This document shows positions 49,578 to 60,179 of a stretch of DNA of 64,000 nt, one piece after another (within the stretch, counting starts at the first letter, position 1; each line of letters opens with the position of its first letter). The translations under genes and the position numbers were made by a program. The notes under the pieces are model-generated. The model was not told the origin of the DNA. It ran no database searches and saw only the letters and a program-made list of their open reading frames with translations. The stretch is from Candidatus Latescibacterota bacterium (lineage in GTDB: Bacteria; Latescibacterota; UBA2968; UBA8231), in assembly GCA_965206595.1 (NCBI GenBank), contig OZ242214.1, forward strand, positions 4,992,001-5,056,000, given 5' to 3'.

Positions 49578-50792
49578 TCAGCCGGCCAGGGCGCGAAAGT
49601 CCGCGCCCGCAGGCTGCTGGAACACCCGCAGGCCGAACTCAGGTACCACGGCGAGCAGGTGGTCGAAGATGTCGGCCTGGATCGTCTCGTAGGTCGCCCA
49701 CACGGTGTCGTTCGTGAAAACGTATATCTCGATCGGCAGGCCGTCGTCACCCGGTTGCAGCTGGCGCACGAGAAACGTGAGGTCCTGGCGGATCTTTGGG
49801 TGGCGGCGCAGGTAGGCGATCACGTACGCTCTGAAAGTCCCGACGTTGGTCAGTCTCCTGCCGTTGATAAGTTGGCCCGTGTCGACCGCGGACGAGGCGT
49901 TGTAGTCGGCGACTTCCCGCCTCCTCTCGCGCACGTATTCCCGAATCAGCTCGAACTTCTCGAACCGCTCCAGCATCTCGTCGCTGCAAATCCGGATCGT
50001 CTGCATGTCGATGAACAGCGAGCGCTTGATGCGCCGGCCGCCGCTCTCCTTCATGCCGCGCCAGTTCTTGAAGGAGGCGTCGATCAGCTTGGGAGTCGGG
50101 ATGGTGGTGATCGTCTTGTCCCAGTTCTGGACCTGGACCGTGTGCAGGGAGATGTCGATGACGTCTCCGTCCGCTCCGAACGCCGGCGCCTCGATCCAGT
50201 CCCCTTCGTCGACGAGGTTCTGCGAGTGGATCTGAATGCTGGCGACCAGGGACAGGATGGTGTCTCGGAAAATCAGCAGCACGACCGCGGTCATGGCGCC
50301 GATGCCGCTCAGCAGGCCCAGCGGCGAGCGCCCCAGCATCAGCGCCACAGCCACCAGGGATCCCGACACATACATGGCGATTCTTGCGATCTGGACGTAG
50401 CTCTTGATCGGCACCTTTTCCGCTACGGGGAGGCGCGCGTAGAACTCGTCGAATGCGCTCAGCATCGAACCGCCGATGAGCAGTCCCAACACGGCGACGA
50501 CCGCCACCAGCAGCTGCCTGATCAGCTCGGGAGGCCCAGGCAGAACCCCTGCGCCGTAAAACAGGACGCCTACCGGCAACAGCACGGCCGAACGACGGAG
50601 GACACCGGTATCGAGCAGGACGTCGTCGAGGTCGGTGCGGCTGCCCCGGATCAGTCGCTCCAGGACGCGCAGAAAGGCGTTGCGGCCGAGGAAGTAGCTG
50701 AGCCAGGCCAGCCCCAGCAGAAGTACGGTCTGTCCCGATTCTATGGCCACCCGGTGGGCGAGTTGTTTCGCCAATTCCACAATTCCGTCCAT
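49578..50792 (-). CDS. ybdG: Small-conductance mechanosensitive channel (MscS, YbdG-like)
   Basis: LLSGIGAMTAVVLLIFRDTILSLVAS, GDWIEAP, VQNWDKTITTIP, NWRGM..GGRRIKRS, TNVGTFRAY. Confidence 0.92.
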   Translation of the reverse strand: MDGIVELAKQLAHRVAIESGQTVLLLGLAWLSYFLGRNAFLRVLERLIRGSRTDLDDVLLDTGVLRRSAVLLPVGVLFYGAGVLPGPPELIRQLLVAVVAVLGLLIGGSMLSAFDEFYARLPVAEKVPIKSYVQIARIAMYVSGSLVAVALMLGRSPLGLLSGIGAMTAVVLLIFRDTILSLVASIQIHSQNLVDEGDWIEAPAFGADGDVIDISLHTVQVQNWDKTITTIPTPKLIDASFKNWRGMKESGGRRIKRSLFIDMQTIRICSDEMLERFEKFELIREYVRERRREVADYNASSAVDTGQLINGRRLTNVGTFRAYVIAYLRRHPKIRQDLTFLVRQLQPGDDGLPIEIYVFTNDTVWATYETIQADIFDHLLAVVPEFGLRVFQQPAGADFRALAG

Positions 50793-50925
50793 GGTTCAAA
50801 TGTATTAGCACCGGAAGGGTTGCGCCCGGTTCCGGGAGGGGCGAGCCGGCTCTCTTCTTCCCACCTCTCGTACTGCAGGCGTTATGTTTGAAACATGCCC
50901 GTACTGCTTTCTGCGCATCTGAACC

Positions 50926-53900
50926 ATGCCGACGCCTGACCACGCCGACCCGGTTGCCGACCTCGAGGCAGCCCTCGATGACTGCCTGCTCGGCGACCGC
51001 GTGCGTATCGGCCGCCGCCTGAAGGACCTGCGCAGCTCTCTGTCCGGGAGCTCTCGCGGAAGCCTGTCCCGCGAGCTCGTCCGGCTGCGCGAGCGCATTG
51101 AGGCCTCGCGGCGGCTGCGCGCCGAGCGCCTCCGCCTCATCCCCGCCGTATCCTACCCGGAAGAGCTGCCTATCACCACACGCAAGGAGGAGATTCTCCG
51201 GGCGATCGCGGAACACCAGGTCGTCGTCGTCGCCGGGGAGACCGGGTCGGGGAAAACCACCCAGCTGCCCAAAATCTGTCTCGAAGCGGGGCGCGGTCGC
51301 GAGGGGCGCATCGTCTGCACCCAGCCGCGGCGGGTGGCGGCGCTGTCGCTGTCGCGGCGCCTGGCCGAGGAGCTCGGCGTCACCTGGGGCCGCGAGGTGG
51401 GCTGCAAAATTCGCTTCCGGGACCGGACCGCGTCCGAGACCCTGATCAAGTTGGTCACCGACGGCATGCTGCTGAGCGAGATCCGCGGCGATCCCGATCT
51501 TCTCGAGTACGACACCTTGATTCTCGACGAGGCCCACGAACGCAGCCTCAACATCGATTTCCTGCTGGGGTACCTGCGCCTGCTTCTGAAAAGGAGGCCC
51601 GGCCTAAAGCTCGTCATCACTTCGGCAACCATCGACGTCGAGAAGTTCTCCCGAGCCTTCGGCGGCGCCCCGGTCGTCGAGGTCTCGGGGCGGATGTATC
51701 CGGTCGAGGTCCGGTACCGGCCGCTGGAAGAGATTCTCGGGGAAGCCGAGGAGATCTCCTACACCGATGCCGCGGTGGCCGAGGTGCAACAACTGCTGGA
51801 CGAGTCCGCCTCCGGGGACGTCCTCGTCTTCATGCCGGGGGAGCGGGACATACGCGAAACCAGCGACCTCCTGCACCACCGCCTGGAAAGACGGAACGTC
51901 CAAATCCTGCCGATGTTCAGCCGCCTTACCGCTGCCGAGCAGCACCGGGTATTCACCCGCCCGGACCGCCGCCGCGTCATCGTCGCCACCAACATCGCGG
52001 AAACATCGCTGACGATTCCCGGCATCCGCTACGTCATCGACCCGGGACTGGCGCGGATCAACCGTTACAACCCCAGGACTCATACTCAGCGGCTGCCTGT
52101 CGAGGCGATTTCCCGCAGCAGCGCCGAGCAGCGCAAGGGCCGCTGCGGCCGCGTCGCCGAAGGGGTCTGCGTGCGCCTCTACAGCGAGGAGGAGTTCCTG
52201 GCGAGGCCCGAGTACACCGCCCCGGAGATTCAGCGGTCGGACCTGGCCGACATCATCCTGCGCATGCTCGATCTTCAGCTGGGCAAGGTCGAGGAGTTCC
52301 CTTTCGTCGACCCGCCGGCGCCGGGGGCGATCAACAGCGGCTACCTGCAGCTGCAGGAGCTGGGCGCTCTCGATTCCGGGCGGCGGCTGACCCGTCTCGG
52401 CCGCGACATGGCGCGCCTGCCGATCGCCCCGACGGTGTCCCGCATGATCCTGCAGGCCCAAACCGAAGGTGCGCTGCCGGAGCTGCTCGTCATCGCCGCA
52501 GCCATCGGTATCCAGGAGCCGCGCGAACGGCCGCTTGAGCGTCGCGACGAAGCGGACCGCATGCACCGGCAGTTCGTCGACATGCACTCCGACTTCCTGA
52601 CCCTGCTCAACATCTGGAACCGCTATCACGAGCGCTTCGAGCAACTCGAGACCCAGAGCCAGATGCGCAAGTTCTGCCGCAGTCACTTCCTCTCCTTCAC
52701 ACGCATGCGCGAGTGGCGGGACATCCACGCCCAGCTGACCGAGGTTCTGTCCGAACTCGGGGGGTTCGGCCTGCAGCCCGGCAGGCGCCGTGCCGGGTAC
52801 GACGCCATCCATCGGTCGATTGTGACCGGCCTGATGAGCAGCATCGCCCGGAAGAAGGAGCACAACCTCTACCGGGCGGCGCGCAGCAGGGAGGTAATGC
52901 TCTTTCCCGGGTCGGGCCTGTTCGTGAGGCGGGAGGCCGCCTCCGGAAAGGACGAAAAGGAAGCGCAGGCCGAAGGCCCCTCGCCCGAATGGATCGTGGC
53001 GGCAGAGATTGTGGAAACCTCCCGCCTGTTCGCCCGCACGGCCGCGCGCATCCGCGCAAGTTGGCTGCCCGACCTCGGCGGCCACCTGTGCCGCAGTTCA
53101 TACGGAGATCCGCTCTGGAGCCGCAGCGCTGGACGCGTCCTCGTGCAGGAGACGGTGCACATCCACGGGCTGCAGGTCGCCAGGCGCCGTGTACCCGGCC
53201 AGCAGGTGAAGCCGCGCGAGTCCGCCGAGGTCTTCATCCGCGATGCACTGGTCGCCGGAGATGTCGACACCCCTCGCGAGTTTCTGGCGCGCAACCGCCA
53301 GCTGGCCGACCGCATAGAGACTTGGCAGACGCGTACGCGTCGCACCGCCATCGACGTCGACGAGGCGGTTCGCCGGTTTTACGCCTCGCGTCTCGAGGAG
53401 GATATCTCCTCCGTGCACGATCTCAATCGCATCGTCAACGCGCACCCTGACGACGACCGCTTTCTGCGCATGGAAGAGGCGGACCTGCTCGGTGCGGGCG
53501 AGCCATCCTTCGACCGTGACGCCTTTCCCGACCGGATCGAGCTTTCCGGCGAGGCAGTCGAGCTGGCTTACGCGTACAAACCGGGACAGGAAGAGGACGG
53601 CATCACGGTACGCCTGCCCTACCGATTGATGGACGCCATCAATCCGGAGCTGCTGGACTGGCTGGTCCCCGGCATTCGCGAAGAGCGAATCACCTGCCTG
53701 CTGCGCTCTCTGCCAAAGCAGATGCGCAAACAGTTGCTGCCGATTCCGCAGACTGCCAGGAGGATCGCCGCGGATCTCAGGCCGACCCATCCCTCCTTCC
53801 TCGAGTCGCTCGAGGAGCATCTGGCGGAGCGCTACCGGTTGCAGGTGCGGCGTGCCGACTGGAAACCGGAGGCGATTCCCGAGCATCTGCGCCTGCGCGT

Positions 53901-54876
53901 CGAGGTCCGGGGAAACGACGGTCAGGCGGTGGCGGCGGGGCGGGACCTCGAGCAGCTGAGCGCCAAGCTGCATCGGCACGACACACCGGCCGAGCAGGAT
54001 GCCTGGAGAAAGGCAGCCGCCCGTTGGGAGCGGGACGGCATGACCTCCTGGGATTGCGGCGACCTGCCGGAGCAGGTCGAGGTGAGCGAGGTCGCCGGCA
54101 TCCCGCTGCTCGCCTATCCGGGGCTGATGTGCTGCGACGAGGGAGTCTGCGTGCGCCTCTTCAGGAAGCGGATCGATGCCGAGCAGGCGAGCCGGGAAGG
54201 TATCGTCCGACTGTCGGAATCGGTGCTGAAGGAGCAGATGCGGCAGTTGCGCCGGGACTTGGCCGAGCTGCGGCGGTTGCAACCCCTCTGTGCCTCATTC
54301 GGGGGAGCCTCCGAGCTCGAGCAGCAGGCATACACCTGCCTGCTTCGCTACCTGTTCGAATGCCTGCCGGCCATCCCCCTGAGCCGCGAGAGTTTCGAGG
54401 AGGGCTGCCGGCAAGCCCGCCGGAAACTGGCCGGTGCCGCCGAAAAAATGGTCGGCTTGGTCGAGACCTTGCTGGAAACCCGTCGCCGGATCATCACCTG
54501 TCCCCAGCCTTACCCAGGGATGGAGGAGGACCTGAACCGGCTGTTGCCGCCCGGTTTTCTCGCCGCCGCCGATTTCGAGCAGTTACCCCATCTGTGCCGC
54601 TATCTCAAGGGAGTTTTCGTACGCGCCGAGCGCGCCCGCGGCGATGCCGCCAGAGACTGCCGGAAGGCGCAACTGATCACCCCCTATCAGCACGCTCTCG
54701 ACGAGCTTTCGTCCGCTGCCGACCCTGCGAATGGAGGGCGCCTGCGGAGGATCGAGGAGTTCCGCCGGCTCCTAGAAGAGTGGCGCATATCGGTATTCGC
54801 CCAGGAGTTGGGCACGGCCGGCAAGGTGTCGGCGCAACGGCTCGACAAGAAACTCGAGGATATCCGGAAGAAATAA
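50926..54876 (+). CDS. hrpA: ATP-dependent RNA helicase HrpA
   Basis: GETGSGKTTQLPK, DEAHERSLNID, SAT, QRKGRCGR, C-terminal EEWRISVFAQELGT. Confidence 0.96.
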   Translation: MPTPDHADPVADLEAALDDCLLGDRVRIGRRLKDLRSSLSGSSRGSLSRELVRLRERIEASRRLRAERLRLIPAVSYPEELPITTRKEEILRAIAEHQVVVVAGETGSGKTTQLPKICLEAGRGREGRIVCTQPRRVAALSLSRRLAEELGVTWGREVGCKIRFRDRTASETLIKLVTDGMLLSEIRGDPDLLEYDTLILDEAHERSLNIDFLLGYLRLLLKRRPGLKLVITSATIDVEKFSRAFGGAPVVEVSGRMYPVEVRYRPLEEILGEAEEISYTDAAVAEVQQLLDESASGDVLVFMPGERDIRETSDLLHHRLERRNVQILPMFSRLTAAEQHRVFTRPDRRRVIVATNIAETSLTIPGIRYVIDPGLARINRYNPRTHTQRLPVEAISRSSAEQRKGRCGRVAEGVCVRLYSEEEFLARPEYTAPEIQRSDLADIILRMLDLQLGKVEEFPFVDPPAPGAINSGYLQLQELGALDSGRRLTRLGRDMARLPIAPTVSRMILQAQTEGALPELLVIAAAIGIQEPRERPLERRDEADRMHRQFVDMHSDFLTLLNIWNRYHERFEQLETQSQMRKFCRSHFLSFTRMREWRDIHAQLTEVLSELGGFGLQPGRRRAGYDAIHRSIVTGLMSSIARKKEHNLYRAARSREVMLFPGSGLFVRREAASGKDEKEAQAEGPSPEWIVAAEIVETSRLFARTAARIRASWLPDLGGHLCRSSYGDPLWSRSAGRVLVQETVHIHGLQVARRRVPGQQVKPRESAEVFIRDALVAGDVDTPREFLARNRQLADRIETWQTRTRRTAIDVDEAVRRFYASRLEEDISSVHDLNRIVNAHPDDDRFLRMEEADLLGAGEPSFDRDAFPDRIELSGEAVELAYAYKPGQEEDGITVRLPYRLMDAINPELLDWLVPGIREERITCLLRSLPKQMRKQLLPIPQTARRIAADLRPTHPSFLESLEEHLAERYRLQVRRADWKPEAIPEHLRLRVEVRGNDGQAVAAGRDLEQLSAKLHRHDTPAEQDAWRKAAARWERDGMTSWDCGDLPEQVEVSEVAGIPLLAYPGLMCCDEGVCVRLFRKRIDAEQASREGIVRLSESVLKEQMRQLRRDLAELRRLQPLCASFGGASELEQQAYTCLLRYLFECLPAIPLSRESFEEGCRQARRKLAGAAEKMVGLVETLLETRRRIITCPQPYPGMEEDLNRLLPPGFLAAADFEQLPHLCRYLKGVFVRAERARGDAARDCRKAQLITPYQHALDELSSAADPANGGRLRRIEEFRRLLEEWRISVFAQELGTAGKVSAQRLDKKLEDIRKK

Positions 54877-54879
54877 CCG

Positions 54880-55173
54880 ATGTCCAAATCCATCCATACG
54901 ACGCCAAGTTCCCCCAAAGTGCGGTTCCGAAAGGGTGCCTTCGTTGTCCAACTCACTCCAGACCCAGTCGACTTCCTGAACCGCCCTATTCAAGGGCAAG
55001 GGGGTTGCCAATCCCTCCTCGCACGGCTCCAGAGCAACATGCACGGAAACCTTTTCAGGCTGACGCAGGACGACTGCGAGAAAGTGGCCCGCTATGCCAT
55101 GCAATACGGGCAAGGCGGCTTCCAAGAACGCCTGAGATCCATTGCTCAACTAGCGGAACAATTCAACGCTTGA
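54880..55173 (+). CDS. Small hypothetical protein with a duplicated GQGG(C/F)Q motif
   Basis: 97-aa ORF tightly packed between hrpA and the MTase gene; IQGQGGCQSLL and YGQGGFQERL. Confidence 0.7.
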   Translation: MSKSIHTTPSSPKVRFRKGAFVVQLTPDPVDFLNRPIQGQGGCQSLLARLQSNMHGNLFRLTQDDCEKVARYAMQYGQGGFQERLRSIAQLAEQFNA

Positions 55174-55192
55174 TTTAGCATACCGAGCCAAA

Positions 55193-56050
55193 ATGGGCAC
55201 AACTGAGTTCCGGCATACATCACAAGGTGCCGAAATCACCCTCCATCGGCGGGATTGCATCTCGGGAATGCAGGAGTTGCTGAATCCGGAGTCTGTCGAC
55301 GTCGTCGTGACTTCGCCTCCCTACAACCTCGGCGTCGCCTACCGGTCCTATGACGATACGGTCCCGCGAGCCGAGTACCTGAACTGGATCGAGGTCTGGG
55401 GAGACGCGCTCCACAAGGTTTTGAGCCGCCGGGGGTCTCTATTCCTCAATGTTGCAGGCAAACCGTCGGAACCCTGGGGGCCCTTCGAGATTCTTCAGCG
55501 GCTTCGGAACCGGTTCGCACTACAGAACACGCTGCACTGGATCAAATCGATCGCTATCGACGCAGACCTCGTAGGGAGCACCCGTGCGCTCGCGACGAAC
55601 GTCGCAGTCGGCCACTACAAGCCGATAAACAGCAGGCGTTACGTAAACGACTGCCACGAATACATCTTCCACCTGACCAAGTTCGGTGACGTCGAATTGG
55701 ATCGACTCGCAGTCGGAGTGGAGTACCAGGACAAGTCCAACGTGGACAGATGGTCGGGAGCAAAGGATGGCCTGCGCTGCCGCGGCAACACCTGGTTCAT
55801 TCCTTACCGGACAATTCAGAGCCGGGACAGGGAACGGCCGCACCCGGCGACGTTCCCGGTCAGGGTTCCCGAGATGTGCATCCGGCTGCACGGACTGCAA
55901 CGTGTCGACCGCGTCCTGGATCCCTTCCTCGGGCTCGGACACACCGCCTTGGCATGCAAAGCGCTGGAGGTCCCCTTCCTGGGGTTCGAGCTGGATGAAG
56001 GGTACTTCTTGGAGGCGTGCCGTTTGCTCGAGACCTTCGATCCGGGCTGA
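55193..56050 (+). CDS. Beta-class N4-cytosine/N6-adenine DNA methyltransferase (orphan)
   Basis: Motif IV VVTSPPYN precedes HPATFP and motif I VLDPFLGLG. Confidence 0.92.
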   Translation: MGTTEFRHTSQGAEITLHRRDCISGMQELLNPESVDVVVTSPPYNLGVAYRSYDDTVPRAEYLNWIEVWGDALHKVLSRRGSLFLNVAGKPSEPWGPFEILQRLRNRFALQNTLHWIKSIAIDADLVGSTRALATNVAVGHYKPINSRRYVNDCHEYIFHLTKFGDVELDRLAVGVEYQDKSNVDRWSGAKDGLRCRGNTWFIPYRTIQSRDRERPHPATFPVRVPEMCIRLHGLQRVDRVLDPFLGLGHTALACKALEVPFLGFELDEGYFLEACRLLETFDPG

Positions 56051-56429
56051 TGGACAGTCGGTCCCGGGATCAGTTGTCCCTATTTTGAAAAAAAAGCGTG
56101 GCAGGGTTAAACGGGTCTCTCGGCCACCAGTTCGCCAACACCAACAAGAGCCTTGAATCCGGCTTCACGTGGCTCATAACCACAATGGTGGCGCTGTAGC
56201 GGGCTTTGTCATCTCCGTTAATCGAATGAGATGGGTCGCTACGTCGGGACAACCACGGCTTCGAATTTCGACCTGCATCTGCTCAGCGTCCTGACTGTTA
56301 GTGAAGGAGACCCGATTTCAGGAAAAATAACCATTGCTGAGTAGCCCCCTCTGCTGTTGGGGCTTCGTTTCCTTCCTCTATCTATGGTAATCACTGTTCG
56401 TCAAATTCACTCACAAGACAGACCCAGAG

Positions 56430-56840
56430 ATGGAGTCTGAATTCATGCCAACAGATTCCAAGACTATTGCTGAATCCGTACAACAGCTCACAGACAGCAT
56501 CCTGAAACTGAGTACGGCTCTCCTGATTGTGCCAGTAGTTTTTTCCGGTTTGTTGCTGAAAATCGGACGCGTTCCTCACCCAGAGGCTCTGCGGGGAGTT
56601 TACCCCGTAGGGGGTCTGCTAAAGACCGGGATATTTGTTCCTCTTGGTGTGGGTATCATTCTGGGACTACTAGCAAAGTTCCAGTTAATGCTCAAGCTCA
56701 ATTCCGATTCGCTCGGATCTGGAAACGCCCTCCCAAAATCCATTCTTCTTCCTGCTTGGGGCTCTGGAATCTGTCTTCTATTTGGACTTGCCTTTCTCAT
56801 AGATTCGGTCGCCACATCGTCACCTCGATTCGCCACGCAC
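56430..56840 (+). CDS. Low-GC hypothetical three-TM membrane protein; 3' end uncertain because the ORF runs antisense into the next gene
   Basis: Three hydrophobic segments in the first ~130 aa; lower GC than the flanks. Confidence 0.4.
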
Positions 56841-57641
56841 TCAGACGTGGTCGGCCATCCACTCGAAACACTTTTCGAACCCCACCGCTCCCTCGGTCTC
56901 CTCTCCTTCGTACTCGACCGCCCAGACCCCGTCGTACCCTGCCTGTTTCACGCAGGCGAGCGCGTGCCCGAGGTCGATCTCCCCTTCACCCAGCACCTTT
57001 CCCCGGTACTGCTGCCGCGAGCCGGTCCCGTCCTTTATATGGACGTGGAACACGTGCGGCGCCACGAGCTCGTAGAAGCGGTTGCAGCGCTCGATTTCCC
57101 AACCGGCCCAGCGATAGTTCATGGTGTCGAGGTTGACCCCGAGGCGGTCGGACCCGACGCGTTCTATCAGGCTCACCTGCCACTCCCCGTCGTTGGTCGC
57201 AATCCCGTGATTGTCGAGGGCGATGCGCACCCCTGAGGCCTCGGCGAAATCGACGCAGCGCTTGAACGCCTCCAGCATCATGCCATCCCACTGATCCCGG
57301 GGAACCTCCTCGCCCCAGCCGCCGTCGCTGCGCACGATGTCGGTGCCGGTGTGAGGTATCCATTCGCACAGCTTGCGGTAGCGGTCGATCTCCGCTTCCA
57401 GTTGGGCCGGGTCGGCCCGGAGAAAGTTGTTGCCCGCCGAGACAGCGCTCACCGCCATGCCGTGGCGTTCGAGCATTTCCCGGACCATTACGGCGGCACT
57501 TTCGCCGTCCCGGGTTTCGTCCTGCCACACGTCCCGGAACTGCAACTCGCAGTAGCGGTAACCGATCTCCGCAGCCCTGGCGGCGAACCCCTCCAGGTCG
57601 TAGCCGCCCCAGTTGTGATGAACCACTCCTGTTTTCGCCAT
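56841..57641 (-). CDS. Sugar phosphate isomerase/epimerase (xylose-isomerase-like TIM barrel)
   Basis: GYRYCEL, IALDNHG, GVNLDTMN, HVHIKD, LGEGEID and VEYEG motifs. Confidence 0.9.
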   Translation of the reverse strand: MAKTGVVHHNWGGYDLEGFAARAAEIGYRYCELQFRDVWQDETRDGESAAVMVREMLERHGMAVSAVSAGNNFLRADPAQLEAEIDRYRKLCEWIPHTGTDIVRSDGGWGEEVPRDQWDGMMLEAFKRCVDFAEASGVRIALDNHGIATNDGEWQVSLIERVGSDRLGVNLDTMNYRWAGWEIERCNRFYELVAPHVFHVHIKDGTGSRQQYRGKVLGEGEIDLGHALACVKQAGYDGVWAVEYEGEETEGAVGFEKCFEWMADHV

Positions 57642-57661
57642 GTTCCGTGTCCTCTTCGGTT

Positions 57662-58414
57662 TCAGTAAAGGCGGAAGACCGCAGTCTGCAGCGGCAGCAC
57701 CCGCATCTCGAGGCCACCGTCCGCCCTGGCCGACCACCGCAACGCGGACCCCTCCGGTGCCAACCCGAGGGCGTGGTAGGAGTCGAACAGCAGCTCCATC
57801 GGAGAGCCGCCCGGTGGCGGAGGTTGTGAAGCATCAGAAGGGCGCTTTCGCAATCGTAGCGCACGTACCCGAACACCCGGTCTTCCGGGTCTCCCCCTTC
57901 AAAGCCGTTGCGATGGTAATAGACTGCCCCCGTGGCGGCAGGTAGATGACGTTCGCCGGCATCGCCTCCAGCTACGAAGGAATCGGCCGAGAACTCCGCG
58001 GTGCAGGTATGGACCCGTGTCTCCTGCATGCAGCCGCCAGGTAGGGGACTCGAATACCAGGTTCCGGCGACCAGCTCGGGATCGCCAGGGGGGGTTGCAG
58101 ACGAGATTCATCGGAAGAAAGCGGCCGGACCCCGGCGTGCCCGGTCGATCGATCCGCAGGCACACATCGATGTCGGCTGCCCGTACGCGAATCGCCTCGA
58201 CCTCGGCAACAAACAGCTCGACCCGGACCTTGGCCTCGACGTGGGGTTTCCCCGGACCGACATAGCCTCGCGCAAAAATCCAATCACGTTGCCCGTCTAG
58301 CGGAATCGAGAGGTTCTCCGCCGAGACCACCCAGTTGTCGAAGGCGCCAAGCGCAAAGCGGCGGTGGAGCTGATTGAAGAAGATGGCTCGGCTGCCCTCC
58401 CTCGGCGGCCGCAA
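57662..58414 (-). pseudogene. Probable degraded gene split over three frames (function unclear)
   Basis: Protein-like segments continue across ORFs 57899..58414, 56986..58029 (N-part) and 57662..57853; fills an operon gap. Confidence 0.4.
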
Positions 58415-58425
58415 CGGCCGTCACT

Positions 58426-59409
58426 TCAGTGGGCCTCCCGGTAGTGTGCTTTCAGGAGGTCCTCGCCGAAGTCGTTGTGCAGATCCCGCCACACCGCGTG
58501 GATGTGGTTGGCGTCGTTTTGCGTGTTGTCGTACTCGGCCACGAAGACCGGTCCCTGCACCCGGTAGTAGTGCCCCTCGCCGCGCTCCGCGGGGCCTGCC
58601 CAGGCAAAATGGGCCTTTGCGTAGTCGGCGTGCTCCAGCCTGGCGTGCTCCAGTGCCGCGAGGGCCTCGGGCAGGCGGTCGACGTATATGGCGACCAGGT
58701 CCTTGAGCTGCCGGAGCTGCGCGGCGTTCATGTCGGCACCGGCCAATCCTTCGGGCTTCACTTCGCCGCGGACGTGGGAGAGGGCCCTGGTGAGGATGTC
58801 GGAAGGCGCCTCCCGGGCCAAGACCGCCTCCCGGCGCTGCTCGCCGTCGAGATCGGTCAACAGCGCCCTCGCCATCTCCTCCTCTTCCTTCAGGGCCCGC
58901 AGACCCTGGCGCGTGCCGTGGCGCACTTCGGCTGGATTGGCGCCGAAGAAAACCGGGCTGGCCGAAATCAGCTCGCCGTGGAGTACCGTGTTGTTCAAAG
59001 AGATGTGATGCCCCTCGAAGCGCCACCCCCACACCCCTTCGCCCCCGGGGGTTCCGAACAAGGTCACGTAATACAGGCCGGGATCGCGCGCGAACTTCCG
59101 TCCATCCCCTTCGATCTCTGCAAGGATCGGTTCGAGTTCGATGATGGTGTTGGCGCGCCGGTGGGCGGAGGAGCTCAGGCCGGTAGCGATCAGGTTCTGG
59201 GTTAGGCTGCGCTGCCGGGAATCCATCTCCTTGAGAGGCAACCCGGTCCGATCGCGGGGGATGTAGTGCCAGTTCTCCCGTTCCGCGTCCTCGAAATCCA
59301 GCACCACTTTGACGCGCTGATCGGAGCTGAAGGTTGCGAGCAACGCGGCCGCGGCGTCGGCCATGCGCCTCGCCGTTTCGTTCCGCACCAGGTTGTCTTC
59401 CGCTGTCAC
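58426..59409 (-). CDS. DUF3500 domain protein
   Basis: WHYIPRDR.GL, WGWRFEGHHISLN, FFGANPA, HYYRVQGP, EYDNTQNDANHIHAVWRD. Confidence 0.92.
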   Translation of the reverse strand: MTAEDNLVRNETARRMADAAAALLATFSSDQRVKVVLDFEDAERENWHYIPRDRTGLPLKEMDSRQRSLTQNLIATGLSSSAHRRANTIIELEPILAEIEGDGRKFARDPGLYYVTLFGTPGGEGVWGWRFEGHHISLNNTVLHGELISASPVFFGANPAEVRHGTRQGLRALKEEEEMARALLTDLDGEQRREAVLAREAPSDILTRALSHVRGEVKPEGLAGADMNAAQLRQLKDLVAIYVDRLPEALAALEHARLEHADYAKAHFAWAGPAERGEGHYYRVQGPVFVAEYDNTQNDANHIHAVWRDLHNDFGEDLLKAHYREAH

Positions 59410-60179
59410 GATATACCTCGTTTTTTTGACTGATCGGTGGGAGTCCTTGCGCTCAAGTCGTCGTCGAGATCAATCGTCGCGACATCCTCTCCGGGAATCG
59501 CCACGGCAATGCGCAGGAAGTCGAGGGCGGCGCTGTCCGGGTTGTAGATGCCGTGTCCCTTTCGGATGCCCTGATAAGTCACGGACCCCGGTCCGACCGC
59601 GAAGGTCTCCCCGTCGACGGTCATGTAGCCGCGGCCTCCGAGAATGACGAAGCACTCCTCGAGGGCCTCGTGATAGTGGTAGCCGACCGCGCTTCCCGGA
59701 GACAGAATCGCGTGGTCGAGAAAAGTCCAGCTGCTGGAAAAATCACCGGGGCCCCAGATGTGGCGGGTCGCAATTTCTCCGCCGCCCCCATGGATGGACG
59801 GCCGCCGCGTCAGCTTTCCGGCCTCGGCCGAGTCGACCCGCAGGTGACCGGGGGGCGGCGCCTCCTCAAGGTCGACGACTATCGAGAGGGCGGTGCAGGA
59901 CCCTGCCGTCGCCCGCAGGCGGGAGGCTCCCGTGGTCACGACGGCTGCGGTTTCCCCGACCTCTGCAGCGGTGCCGTTGGTTTCGAAACTCGCCTTCCCC
60001 CTCAGAATGACGAACCCCTGCTCACAGTCGTCGTCGGGCGATTCGGCGGCTTCCCCCGGAGGGAGCTCCACGAGATCGAAAATCCTCCATGGAGTGGCGA
60101 ACTCATCCCCGGGAAAGACTGGTCGCGAGCTCGCCTTGCTGATTCCCTTTTCCAATGACAGTTGTGCGTGTCTGACCAC
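59406..60179 (-). CDS. Bicupin domain protein
   Basis: HGGGGEI, PGSAVGYHYH..LEE..VILGGRG, HGIYN. Confidence 0.85.
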   Translation of the reverse strand: MVRHAQLSLEKGISKASSRPVFPGDEFATPWRIFDLVELPPGEAAESPDDDCEQGFVILRGKASFETNGTAAEVGETAAVVTTGASRLRATAGSCTALSIVVDLEEAPPPGHLRVDSAEAGKLTRRPSIHGGGGEIATRHIWGPGDFSSSWTFLDHAILSPGSAVGYHYHEALEECFVILGGRGYMTVDGETFAVGPGSVTYQGIRKGHGIYNPDSAALDFLRIAVAIPGEDVATIDLDDDLSARTPTDQSKKRGIS

